Source: Malacoraja senta | Taxonomy: Eukaryota | DNA: 64,000 nucleotides | Direction of reading: 5' to 3' | Assembly: GCA_038087875.1 (NCBI GenBank) | Contig: CM075988.1 | Location: 22,756,001 to 22,820,000, forward strand | Shown here: in pieces, positions 1 to 11,404 of the stretch | Position numbering within the stretch: position 1 is the first letter of the stretch | How the letters are laid out: the number at the start of each line of letters is the position of its first letter | Program-made: the position numbers and the translations under genes | Notes under the pieces: generated by a model | What the model saw: only the letters and a program-made list of their open reading frames with translations | Databases searched by the model: none | What the model was told of the DNA's origin: nothing

Positions 1-344
1 TTGTATGTAGCCTGTCTTCTTTGAAGCATTGTTTGAGGGTCCAAGGCAGATTATGTAATCTTGACAAATGTGATGCTCAATTCGTTTCAAGTTTGAGGGA
101 AAGGAGGAAAGGCTTGCTTTTTCATATTAAGTTGAATGTATAAACATGTTTGGTTTAACTCTGGAAAGTCAATCTACATCCTGGATAAGTTTGTCGCCTT
201 CATTTTGTGATCGTTTATATTTATCTTTATTGTATCATGAAGTTTAGAGAAACTTATCTATGAATGCGTAGCTTAATTCAAAAATCATAAAATTGCTATG
301 AGCATTTATTTCTCAACTTGACTTCCTGACCCATTGATTACAAT

Positions 345-1335
345 CAGTAAGAAAAGGCAGCAATACTTCTCCATGATAATTCACAACACTGGTGCCCATG
401 AGGCTGTGCTCAGACCCTTGCTATACTCCTTATGCACTCATGACTGTGTGGCCAAATTATGCTCCAACTCATTAACAAGTTTGCAGATGACTCCACCATA
501 CTGATCTCAAACAATGATGAGACAATACAGGAAGAATATAGAGAGCGTGGTAGTGTAAATGTCAAGACAACAACACTTCCCTCTTGTCAATGAAACAAAA
601 GAGCTGGTCATTGAATTCAGGAAGTGGAGTGGAATACACACCCCAGTCTGTATCAATGGTGTTGAAGTTCCTGGGTGTGAATGTCACCAACAATTTGTCC
701 TGATCGAGCCAAGTTGATACTACAGCCAAGAAAGCACACCAATGCTTCTACTTCCTCAGAAGACTCAGGAAATTTAGCATGTGTCCAATTATTCTTAACA
801 GATACACTTCAGAAAGCATTCTATTGGGCTGCATCACAGCTTAGTATGGCAATTGCTCTGCCCATGACTGCAAGAAATCACAGAGAGGTACGCACCACAG
901 TCCATCATGCAAACCAGCTCAATTGACACCATCTATGCTTTGCTCTTTCTCTGAACAGCAGACAACAAAACCAAGGACCTTTTGCTCCCCCCCCCCCCCA
1001 AAAAAAAAACCCAGGCAGAATATACAAAAGGTTGAAAGCAAATACCACCAGATTCAAAAACAACTTCTTCCCTGCTCTTATCAGATTCTTGAATGGACCA
1101 CTCAAATGCTAAGGATGTATTCCTAACCTTCCAATCTACCTCATAGCAAACACTCACTTTTTTATCTGTACTTTCTCTGTAGCTGTAATACTGTATTCTG
1201 GAATCTGCTTCTGTTCTCTATTTGCACTATTTCATTCAACCCATGTATGCTATGTTTGTCCTCATGGTATGATTTTCCAGCTAGCACTCAAAACAAAGTT
1301 ATACACTGTATCTAGGTACAAGTGAGAATAATAAA
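345..1335 (+). mobile_element. Old degenerate Rex1/Babar-like LINE 3' fragment (RT and 3' UTR)
   Basis: Degenerate RT motifs: ggtgcccatgaggctgtg (GAPQGCV-like), actcatgactgt (THDC), aagtttgcagatgac (KFADD) and a KKAHQ.LYFLRRL-like stretch. Same layout as the younger copy at 39861-40977. Confidence 0.75.
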
Positions 1336-1454
1336 CCAATACCAATAAACCAATAACTGCACTCTAATAATGTTTTTTCTAATGGGAAAGACGGATGTCT
1401 GTAGAATTGATGGCTGCTGAGCTGATGAAAGTTCACTTATAATGATATCAATAA

Positions 1455-1545
1455 TGAAATCTGAAAAAGGGTCCCGACCCAAAATGTTGTCTATCCATGT
1501 TCTCCAGAGATGCTGCCTGATGCGCTGAGCTATCCCAGCACGTTG
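1455..1545 (+). mobile_element. Penelope-like element terminal fragment
   Basis: tctgaaaaagggtcccgacccaaaatgttg...agagatgctgcctga resembles the terminus that follows the GIY-YIG ORF at 51181-51280. Confidence 0.6.
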
Positions 1546-2754
1546 TGACATAAAAAAAATACAATGTGGTTACGTGGCAGCTAATTGGGTATATAAAAGT
1601 GTTCACTTTTGCTTTAACTATGTTATTCCACTTCAAACATGATGTTTAGAACTGATGACTTTATAATTTGAGCCAGGCGTTTTGGGCTAATTATGCCCCT
1701 GCTTGTGACTGGTTTGGTTTGTTGATTTGCATCACATACTGATCTCAGTTTTGAAACTTTGAATCCAGTTAGTCTTAACCTTTTACGAAAAAAACAAAGT
1801 TTAAAAATCATTGATGTGAACAATTCATTTTATACATGTGCAGTTATACATGGACCTGAAATAAATACTGAAGTGGTTATAACATCTATATTCACCATAT
1901 ACATTGTAATTCTGCACTACATGTTGCATGGTTGGCTTACAGCATCATCTAATTTTAAATCACTGTAAAGCCATTCTCTTTCTTAGCCATTTACAGACAT
2001 CTCCTTCCTTCCCCTCCCCCTCTTCTGGCCCTTTCTCTCAATCCCCTCAGTTATATGTTCATGAACTCGTAGAGTAATTTTACAGGAATTCTATGTGAAT
2101 GTGGCAGGATTAACAAATGGCCTTTTCTTTAGCTTATCATGCTGTTTTATTTGATATTATTTGCTATACTTCGTCCATTTTAAATGTTTCAATGCAACAG
2201 AAATAAAGAATCATTCCACAACAATCCAAACATGGCAATTGCCTGAATGGTATTAACATCAGGTTGCTCAAAACACTCTACTACTCAAGCTAAAGGTTAC
2301 ATTGCAGAATTTTGCCTTCTCTCCTGTCTCCAGGCAACCTGGTCTTCCTTGGCAAGTAAGTATCCTGCAGATGTCTTGTTTGGTTGGTCAGACTTTTTAC
2401 TGCCACTTGAACATTTGCCTAAATATTCTTCATTTGTAAATCTGTACTTTCTCTAATATCTACCTATGCATGTAAATATTAACATCACAGGAGTACCTTT
2501 ATTATAAACCATCATCGACTGAACTGTTTTCACCGAGCTATGAAGCTGGTTAGCCTTGTCTTGCAAATTTTTTGTGTGGGTGGCCTATTTCTGTTAAGCA
2601 ACAGAAATTAATGTGTTTTAATGTGTTTTAGCAGACTGTTACATAAGCAAGTGCATGATGGTTGTAATTGCTGGTCTGAGTTAATAGAAACAGTGTTATA
2701 GACTGCTAAAAGCTCTGCAAATGGGCCGACCCTAAGATGCTGTTTTCCATTGTA

Positions 2755-3001
2755 CAGGTAATCCCTGCATTAGCAGCAGTTTGGGTAATAGAGATGTGTC
2801 CTTGCGTAATTCACAAATCATATATCAAAGAAATCTGAGATACAAAATAAAAATTAGTTTTCACTAATTTTATGTAAAAAAAACAAATACAATTTTGTTT
2901 TCAACTCACATTGTTTTGTGTATGCGCAGATGATATGGACAATTGTGATAGGGACAGTTTTCTAAGAATGCAATCCCCCCGTGAAATGCGGGGGATGCCC
3001 G
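2755..3001. mobile_element. Degenerate Tc1/mariner (Tigger-like) MITE
   Basis: ta|CAGGTAATCCCTGCATT ... AATGCGGGGGATGCCCG|tg forms an imperfect terminal inverted repeat with TA/TG flanks. Confidence 0.45.
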
Positions 3002-3907
3002 TGTTAATTAGAAATTAGATGTTTGTGTTGAGACTAATGTAAATCATATATGTGTATAGTACGTTGAAAGTTATGGGGATGTTAATTACAGCTTGTCAAT
3101 GTGGACTTTTGTTGGATGAAAAACAGTAATTTTGCAGTTGATATAATTTATAACTACAAAGTTGTATGCAAATTGTTGCCTGTATTTCGTTTACTTAGGC
3201 AGTATTTCAAAAACTACCAGAAAGTAAAACTAAAGCATATGGCTCATATAAATTAGCATAATTAAAATTTTCATCATTTTTCCTAAACACATGGATCTGT
3301 CTACTGAGACATAGTAACTGGATTAATTTATAGTCATACAATCGCAGAATGATCACAGTATGGATGGAAACTATTCACCCCTTTAGTTTGATTCCTCGCC
3401 CTTCTCATATTTAATTTTTAAAAATTGTGATACTGAACAAGCTCACTTATAAACACTGCAATAGAATCATCTGCTGCATTTGTACCAAGTATAGTGGTGA
3501 AGGTAACGGTGCAGACTGTGCCGTAGTAATTTTAGGACAGAGACAATTATTGGTTAAAATGCACCAAGCAGTGCCAGTTTGTACAGGTCCAGAGAGGAAG
3601 GAATTTCTTACACATTTGATATTCAAGGTACCATACATGTAATGGGAATGGACTTGGCATTCTGTGCGTTCACTTAATGTGAACCTATACAATTTTAACA
3701 ATAATGCAAGCTGTGAAATAACAAGTACCATCCCTTGGTGCTGTGGAACCTGTTCAAGTGGCAGTACTGTACTACAACATTCTACATTTTGCTGGGAGTT
3801 GTTGCATGGACACCGAGTCAGTGTAATGGTGAGGACCAGCCCAAAACGAAAGACAGGCTTTGTCTACAACATTGGAAACACCTGGTTGATCATTGAAAAA
3901 TGTATTC

Positions 3908-4490
3908 CATGAGATAGAATAAGGCCATTTGGCCCATTGGGTCCATACTGGTGCCCAGAAGAGCAATCCCAACTGTCCCATTCTACCCCTCCCCCCCCAC
4001 CTTCTACCCCTCTTATTTCCCTGTTACCATGCAACTCTTTCTCACAAGTGCCCATCAATTTCCTTTTTTTGTTGCTTACCTACATTTATGAGTAATTTAC
4101 AGCAACCGATTGAGCTACAAACACAAGGTAGACAAAAGTGCTGGAGGAACTCAGGGTTTGTAGGGTTTAACCTACAAACCCTGAAACCAAGTGTTTCGGC
4201 CTGAAACGTTGCCTATTTCCTTCGCTCCATAGATGCTGCCTCACCCGCTGTGTTTCTCCAGCACTTTTGTCTACCTTTGATTTTCCAGCATCTGCAGTTC
4301 CTTCTTGAACATTCGAGCTACAAACACATCTTTGAGATGTAGGAGAAAACTGGAACATCTGTCAAAAATCCATATGATCACTGGGAGAATGTGCAAACTG
4401 CATGCCAATGGAACCTGAAAGCGGGATTGAACCTGGGTCAGTGGAGCAGTGTGGCAGTAACACTAATTGCTGCACTAACATGCTTTCCAG
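3908..4490 (-). mobile_element. Old tRNA-derived SINE (elasmobranch V-SINE/HE1-like), interrupted by a palindromic PLE mini-element
   Basis: Similar to the SINE at 4825-5125 (ggattgaacctgggtc B-box region; gggagaatgtgcaaact core). Confidence 0.65.
4126..4314. mobile_element. Palindromic PLE-terminus mini-element with 14-bp TSD
   Basis: Inverted arms ggtagacaaaagtgctggag / ctccagcacttttgtctacc; flanked by GAGCTACAAACACA at 4112-4125 and 4315-4328. Confidence 0.8.
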
Positions 4491-4824
4491 TCTTACAGCA
4501 GAACCTGAAGTAAGGACTGGTTAACATTCTTTCTTCATTTTTTTCAAATTGAAGCGAACAAGGGTTCCTAAGCAAGGAACTTCAAGATCACCCTGTCCTC
4601 AGAAATAACAGTGCCCAGCATGTTACTGTCACTGAAAAGTGTGAATCATTTTCTGCCATATTTCAGCAAGAGTGAATTATCCATCATGTTTCCTGCTGAA
4701 ATCCCAAGCATCACGGAAATAGTCTCTCCCCATTTTGTTTTATCCAGATGATAACAAGAAACATTTGAGAACACTTGATAGGTTGAAGGCTGCGGGACCA
4801 GAAAACATCTGGTTGGAGTACTTA

Positions 4825-5125
4825 GTTTAGAGATACAGCGTGGAAACAAGCCCTTCAGCCCACCGAGTGCGAGCCGACCAGCAATCCACGCACACTTACA
4901 CTATCGTCCACACTCTAGGGACAATTTACAAGTTTACCAAGCCAATTAACCTACAAACCCTGTACATCTTTGGAGTGTGGTAGGAAACCGGAACACTTGG
5001 AGAAAACCCACGCAGGTCATGGGGAGAACGTACAAACTTCATACAGACAGAACCCGTAGTCGGGATCGAACCCGGATCCCTGCCACTGTAAGGCAGCAAC
5101 TCTACCGCTGCGCCACCATGCTGCA
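4825..5125 (-). mobile_element. tRNA-derived SINE (V-SINE/HE1-like) with CR1-type tail
   Basis: On the minus strand: A box ggtggcgcagcggt, B box ggttcgatccc, core gtttgtacgttctcccc and tail cttgtttccacgctgtatctctaaactaa. Confidence 0.85.
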
Positions 5126-5559
5126 CTGAAGAAGTGATTTGGAATTAGCTGCACTGGTAGTTAAACTTTTATAATGATTACAGCAAAGGCATCTACTGGC
5201 ATCTGTGGAAAATTGGCAAACATCCGTTGTTCGTAAAATGTAGGACAAATCTAATCCAACTATTGTCTGCCCAATCACTCTGCTCTAGGTTATTTGCAAA
5301 GTGATGGACAGTGCTATCAAGTGGCACATTCATCAGTGACCTACAAACTGATGCCCAATTTTGTTTTCTTTATGATATTCAGATCCAGACCTCTTCAGCT
5401 CCTTGGCCAAACTTGGACCATACACATTCACATGAATTCTAAACATGAAGTGAGAATGACATCAAGGCAGCATTTAATTGAATGTGGTATTTAGGAAACG
5501 GATAAAAAATGAAGTTAATGTGTATCAAGGACAAAATACTTTGATTAGAATCCTATCCT

Positions 5560-5696
5560 CCAGCAAGGAAAATGGTTATGTTGTTGGGGATAGTCAAACC
5601 AGGATGTTACTGCAGGAATTTCTCGGGGTAGTGATGTAGGCACAGTCATATACAGCTGCTTCCTTGCACCGTGTCAAAAGCGAGGATGTTTGTTCA
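5560..5696 (+). mobile_element. Old CR1/L2-like RT fragment that is the target site of the LTR element; continues after 8970
   Basis: tgttactgcaggaatttctcggggtagtg resembles a degenerate VT.GVPQGSVLGP, and ggatgtttgttca resembles the MFADD region. Confidence 0.45.
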
Positions 5697-6120
5697 TGTC
5701 ACGGTCTGTCCTCTCCTCATTCTCATCCACTTCACCTCCCAGTACTTTTCCACCGGTCCCTCCTTCTCCTCACCTGCCTGCCTGCCACTCCCCTCTCATC
5801 AGCCCAACTCTCCTCACCTGTTGCACTCAGTTGCCTCTGATCACCAATTAACCCGGTATATAGACTCTCCTCACCGTTCACACAGGGCCAGATTGTTCTA
5901 CGCACTCATGCAAGACTCTCCAGTGATTTCCCGACTGCCTGTACGGATTCAAACCTGCCTGCCCCTCTTCGGAACCCTCGCTCAATCCTGAGCCTCTGTG
6001 TGAGTACGGTGTACCCATTCCTGGGTTACTACTCTGTGTTACAGTATCGTAATAAAGTTCATTACTAACTATACCTGCCTGATTCTGTGCTGCTATCGGG
6101 TACAAGCTATATCCGTTACA
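5697..6120 (+). repeat. 5' LTR (424 bp)
   Basis: Starts TGTCACGG and ends CCGTTACA (imperfect inverted termini); TATATAG at 5857-5863; AATAAA at 6051-6056. Confidence 0.95.
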
Positions 6121-6137
6121 GTACAATCTGGCCCACA

Positions 6138-7123
6138 ATGGACTCGGCGCACACTACGTCTCCGTTAAACCGCTTCAAGAGGATTGAGCACATGCTCCTG
6201 CAGCACGAAGCTATGCTCACTGCCTTCCACTCCGAGGTTCGACAGGCTGTGTCAAACCAAGAACAAGCATTGGTTGCACTAGCCACCCAGGTCCAACAGC
6301 TGACGACCACCCTCGCCCAGGCTACACCCCATGCTTCGCCTCCGGCTCCGACAGCACCAGCTCCCGGTCCGCCAGGACCATCACCTGAGCCCCGGGTGGG
6401 AACCCCGGAGCGCTACGCTGGAGACCCGGAGGGCTGCAACCCATTCATCACGAACTGTTCCATTCTCTTCGCCCTACAGCCCTACACCTTCGCCCAGGAA
6501 GCGGCGAGAGTGGCGTTTACCATTAATCACCTGACTGGCAGAGCTCGGCTGTGGGGAACGGCTGAATGGGAGCGACGCACGCCGGCTTGCTCCTCTTTCC
6601 AGGCCTTCGCCGCGGAGCTTCGCAAGGTGTTCAGTGAGGTTTCGATGGTTCCGGACGCTGCGGGAAGTCTGCTGGGGTTGAGCCAGGGGAACCAGAGCGT
6701 CGCTGACTTCGCCATCGACTTTCGCACCAGGGCCCGTCAAAAGTGATTGGATCGCCCCGGCCCAGTGTGACGCTTTCTTGCTGGGCTTGAATGACTATAT
6801 CAAGGATGAGGTGGTGTCCCACGACATTCCTTCTTCTCTGGATGGGCTTATCGAGCTAACGACCCGTCTGGACCGACGCATCCTGGCGAGACGTCGGGAG
6901 AGGCGACGGGGACGGGCGGACCGCCAGCTATCCACCCAAGCTCATTTTCCTCCGGAGACTGGACTACCCTCGTTGGGGCAACCCGAACCCATGCAGGTGG
7001 GTCGCACCAGTCTCGCCCCCGAGGAACGGGATCGTCGGCATCAGGGGAACCTCTGTCTCTACTGTGGCCTGGCGGGTCATTACATCTCCAAGTGTCCAGT
7101 AAAAGGGCCAGACTCACCAGTAG
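6138..7123 (+). pseudogene. Retrotransposon gag (sushi/PEG10-type), frameshifted near 6740
   Basis: ATG at 6138; PERYAGDP..C..F, ARVAFTINHLTGRARLW and QG..SV.DF..DF motifs. An apparent extra A in caaaagtga creates a stop. The other frame resumes [19 protein letters not shown] and the zinc knuckle [14 protein letters not shown]. Confidence 0.85.
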
Positions 7124-8435
7124 CGAAGGAATTACTGGTGAGTCGAACCTCTGAACTTTCTTCTGCCCGACGCCCTCTTTGTCATGCCCGTCTGCTGTTG
7201 TCTGATGGTTCTCACACCCTCGCCACCTTCATAGACTCTGGTTGTGACAGTAATCTTATGGACAAGGAACTAGCCCGCCAGCTAGGCATCAGTTGTGTTC
7301 CCCTGCCTGAACCTGTTCCCGCCAACGCCCTCAACGGCCATCTCCTGGGGACTGTTTCTCACCAGACGGTACCAGTGCACATGCTCCTGTCTGGTAATCA
7401 CCATGAGACCATCCAGTTCCACATCCTGCAGTCTCCCCGTCTTCCCCTCATCCTGGGTTACCCCAGGCTTCGGCGACACAACCCCAACATCGACTGGAGG
7501 ACGGGGGTCATCTTGGGTTGGAGCCGTTCCTGCCACCAAGTGTGCCTGAAGCAAGCCTCGGCTCCTCAACTGGCCACCTGCTCCAGTTCCGCTCCAGATC
7601 TGACGGGGGTCCCAGCCGAGTACCATGACTTTGGGGAGGGTTTTAGCAAGTCTAGGGCCACCTCCCTTCCTCTTCATCGGCCCTATGACTGCGCCATAGA
7701 CCTCCTGCCTGGTTCCGCTCCTCCTAGGGGTCGCCTTTACTCCCTGTCCGCCCCTAAGAGAGGCAGTCTTGGAGAACCAGCCGGGACCCAAGCCAGGGCG
7801 GCTCTTCTCCGCTCCGTGGACCGTTACGCCACGGCTGCCAACCGTCACCGCACCCAGGCCCCCACCTACCTCGCGGGCCAGAAGGTGTGGCTATCGACCC
7901 GGGACCTTCCCTTGAGGGTGGAGTCCAAGAAGTTGGCACCCAAGTTCGTCGGTCCCTTTGAGATCCAGAAGGTCATCAACCCAGCGGCTGTGAGGCTCAA
8001 GTTGCCTCGTTCCGTGCGGGTCCATCCTATGTTCCACGTGTCCAGAATAAAGCCAGTCCGGGCGAGCTCCCTGGTCCCCGCAGTCCCTCCTCCTCCACCT
8101 CCTCGTCTCATCGACGGAGGCCCCGCCTTTACGGTGCACCGCCTCCTGCGCTCCCGCCGTCGCGGGAGGGGTCTCCAATACCTGGTCGATTGGGAGGGTT
8201 ACGGTCCGAGGAGAGGTCCTGGGTTCCTGCTCGACACATCCTGGACGCCTCCCTCATCAGGGAGTTTCACCGGTGTCATCCCGACCAGCCGTCCAAGTCC
8301 GCCGCTCCTAGAGGGGTCGCCGCCCCTGAGACTCTGTCCCCTCTTCCGTCTGAGGCGCCCAGTGACGACGAGACGGAGTTTTCCTCTGATGTTATGGAGG
8401 AGGATGCGGACATGGATGTCTCGGACGAATATTAG
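7110..8435 (+). pseudogene. Deleted pol: aspartic protease, pre-RT linker, integrase C-terminal GPY/F region and chromodomain
   Basis: FIDSG protease motif; [23 protein letters not shown] is joined at about 7760-7790 directly to [22 protein letters not shown] and [19 protein letters not shown] (1-bp frameshift near 8208). Confidence 0.88.
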
Positions 8436-8546
8436 CCATCCTCCGGTCCCCCTCCTCCCACCCAACTCTGCGTGGGATTGAGTTTATTTTCTTTGTTGTT
8501 TTTTTTGTTTTGGGACGTCAGGAGCTGTCCCTTGAGGGGGAGGTTA

Positions 8547-8965
8547 TGTCACGGTCTGCCCTCTCCTCATTCTCATCCACTTCACCTCCCAGTACTTTTC
8601 CACCGGTCCCTCCTTCTCCTCACCTGCCTGCCTGCCACTCCCCTCTCATCAGCCCAACTCTCCTCACCTGTTGCACTCAGTTGCCTCTGATCACCAATTA
8701 ACCCGGTATATAGACTCTCCTCACCGTTCACACAGGGCCAGATTGTTCTACGCATTCATGCAAGACTCTCCAGCGATTTCCCGACTGCCTGTACGGATTC
8801 GAACCTGCCTGCCCCTCTTCGGAACCCTCGCTCAATCCTGAGCCTCTGTGTGAGTGCGGTGTACCCATTCCTGGGTTACTACTCTGTGTTACAGTATCGT
8901 AATAAAGTTCATTACCAACTAAACCTGCCTGATTCTGTGCTGCTATCGGGTCCATATCCGTTACA
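8547..8965 (+). repeat. 3' LTR (419 bp)
   Basis: Direct repeat of 5697-6120 with about 7 substitutions and a small indel near the 3' end (counted by eye). Confidence 0.95.
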
Positions 8966-9209
8966 GTTCATGCCTATTAGTAATTCCTCTGTTAATGAAG
9001 CAATCCATATTTGCATGCAGCAAGATCTGCAGCAAAATAGGCATCAGGCTGACAGATGATGGGTAACATCTGTACCACAAAAGTTCCTGTTAGTAACCAT
9101 TTCTAACAAAAGAGGAATTAACCATCTATCCTTGCAATTCAGTAGTATCGATGTTGCTAAGTCCTACACTATCAACAATCTGCAATCATCAATGACATAT
9201 CTTAACCAG

Positions 9210-10870
9210 GGTTAGTATGGTGGCAGGAAAGAAGGGTGCTTTAAAAATCATAATAATCTTATGCAGCCTTAATCTCCATATAGCAGAGAGAAATCAAAAT
9301 TTGCAAAATAGCCTTGAGAGTGAATTCAGAATAGTTTCTTAAACCAATTATCATGAAACCAACCAGGTAATGGGTTATTTTAGATCTGTTTGTGTGTAAT
9401 GAGACGGGATTCATTGATCATCTCATAGCAAAAGATCTCTGGGAAAGAATGGTCTTAACCTGATAGAATGTCATATTCACTTTGAGAGTGAGAAACTTGG
9501 GCCTAAAAGTTGTATTTTAAATATAAACGTGTTTGGAAAGGTTTGAAAGCAGAGTTGGCTAAGGTTGAGTATGAAAATGGATTTAAAGGCAAGACAATAA
9601 ATAAGAAGGGACAGGCATTTAAGGAGATATGTCATTATTAACAACAAAGATATATGCCAGTGAGAAATAAGGACTTTTCGAAGAATGATCTCTCTAAGGA
9701 ATTAAAAATGGCATTGTTGAAAGAAAAGGCATATAATGTAGCAAAATATAGTAAAACACTAGGATAGGGAAATCTTAAGAATGAATAAAAGACGACTAAA
9801 GAAAGTAAAGAGGAGAAAATAATTATGAGTAAGCTAGCAATAAATATGGAAATGCTAAGGTGTATGTTGGTTCATTAGAGGAATAGACAAGGGAATTAAT
9901 AATGAGAAATAATGAAATGGCAGAGACTGAATAATTAGAGGCTAAAAGCATGCTAATGATAGTAGAAGATCAAGTGGGAGAAAAGGGAGATGCTTAAAGC
10001 TATCATAATCTACAGGGAAAGGTAATAGATAAACAAATGGGACTAAAGTCAGGTTGTCATTGAGTGCATTGGTTGCAAACTTCCAAAATTCTCGGTCCCA
10101 GTGGATTGGAATACCATAAATGTAACATTGCTATTCAAGAAAGGAAGGAGCAGAAAGCAAGAAACTTATAGACCAGTTAGCCTGAAGTCTATCTTTAGAG
10201 TAATGCTGCAATACAAATAATAACAGGACATTTTGGAAATCATAACCGTCAAGCATAGTCAACATGATGTTATTGAAGGGAAATAATGTTTGAGGATATT
10301 GTTTAATTTGTGAGAGACAGTAAAATAAGCTGAACAGGGAAAATGTAGTATTTTTGTGCATGAAGCCTGATGTGGCCTGCTGATGTTGCAAGTATTAAAA
10401 AAAGGTATGGAATATAAAAGTTGTGAAGTCTTGCGGCAGACATACATGGCATGGATGAGATCATATCTGGAATACTGCATGGATACTACATGGAGATTTA
10501 AGGAAGGATATAATTGGACTGGAAGTAGTTTAAAAGAGGTTAACTAGTTAGATTCCTGGGATGTAGATGACAAACAAGCAAAAGTTGAATAGGTAGGGCC
10601 TGTACTTTTGAAGAGTGAGAGGTAATCTTATTGAAACAGACAAGACATGGGAAGGTTGCTTAGTAGATGGGTTATATTTAAAAAATAAGGTCATACTCGT
10701 TTAGCACAGAAATTAGGAGGAATTTCTTCCCTCAGTGACTCTGGATTCACTACCCCGGAGAGTTGTGGAGGTGGAATCAATTAATATCTTTAAAGTTGAG
10801 ACAGACAGATTTTTGGTTAATAGAAAAGTCAAGGAGTATGGGGGAACAAAGGACTGAGCCCACAAACAGA
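9210..10870 (+). mobile_element. Old, highly degenerate CR1-like LINE ORF2 remnant
   Basis: Degenerate parallels to the CR1 at 46560-49797 (ttatagaccagttagcctg resembles YRPVSL; gaggtaatcttattgaaac resembles RGDLIE). Confidence 0.7.
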
Positions 10871-11300
10871 TTGGTGTGTTAATGGCTGGTGAATGTTCAT
10901 CCCTCTACAATCAGCATACTTGTGGTTGCAGTGTTTGGTATCCATAAATCTCTTGGCAGTTACTCTCTATAGATATTGCAGCAGAACATCCTAAACTTGC
11001 AACTTCAGGAAAGGCAAGGGCAGCTGATGCATGAGAACATCATCTCCTGTAACTTTGTTTCCAAATCCCGACTTGGAAATGTTTTGCCGTTCCTTCTTTA
11101 TTAGAACATAGAACAGTACAGCACCCCTTTAGCCTACAATGTCTGTGCAATACATGATGCCAAGATAAACTAATCTCATTTGTCTGCAAATGATTCCCAT
11201 CTCACCATTCTCTGCATATCCAAGTGCTTTCCTAAAAGCCACTTAAACACCACTATTGTATTGTTGGATCTAAATCCTAGAGCTCAATAATCAAACTCAT

Positions 11301-11361
11301 TGTGTGTGTGTGTGTTCGTGTGTGTGTGTGTGTGTTCGTGTGTGTGTGTGTGTGTTCGTGT
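11301..11361. repeat. Interrupted (GT)n microsatellite
   Basis: Seen directly. Confidence 0.95.
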
Positions 11362-11404
11362 TCCTTCAATAGCAAGAATGTCCTTCCTCAAATTTGGAGA
11401 CCAA

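Larger units (their letters stand above)
5697..8965 (+). mobile_element. Ty3/gypsy chromovirus (sushi/Tf1-like) LTR retrotransposon, internally deleted and non-autonomous
   Basis: Two near-identical LTRs with TG...CA ends; 5-bp TSD GTTCA at 5692-5696 and 8966-8970; polypurine tract gagggggagg at 8534-8543. Gag, protease, GPY/F and chromodomain motifs are present; the RT, RNase H and integrase cores are absent. Confidence 0.95.

Noticed and set aside
4825..5125. tRNA gene
   Set aside because: The A and B boxes belong to a multicopy SINE head followed by a SINE core and a LINE-derived tail; no complete cloverleaf is evident.
6087..8481. Domesticated sushi-derived gene (PEG10/RTL-like)
   Set aside because: It retains near-identical LTRs and a TSD and carries frameshifts, so it is a recent transposon copy rather than a host gene.
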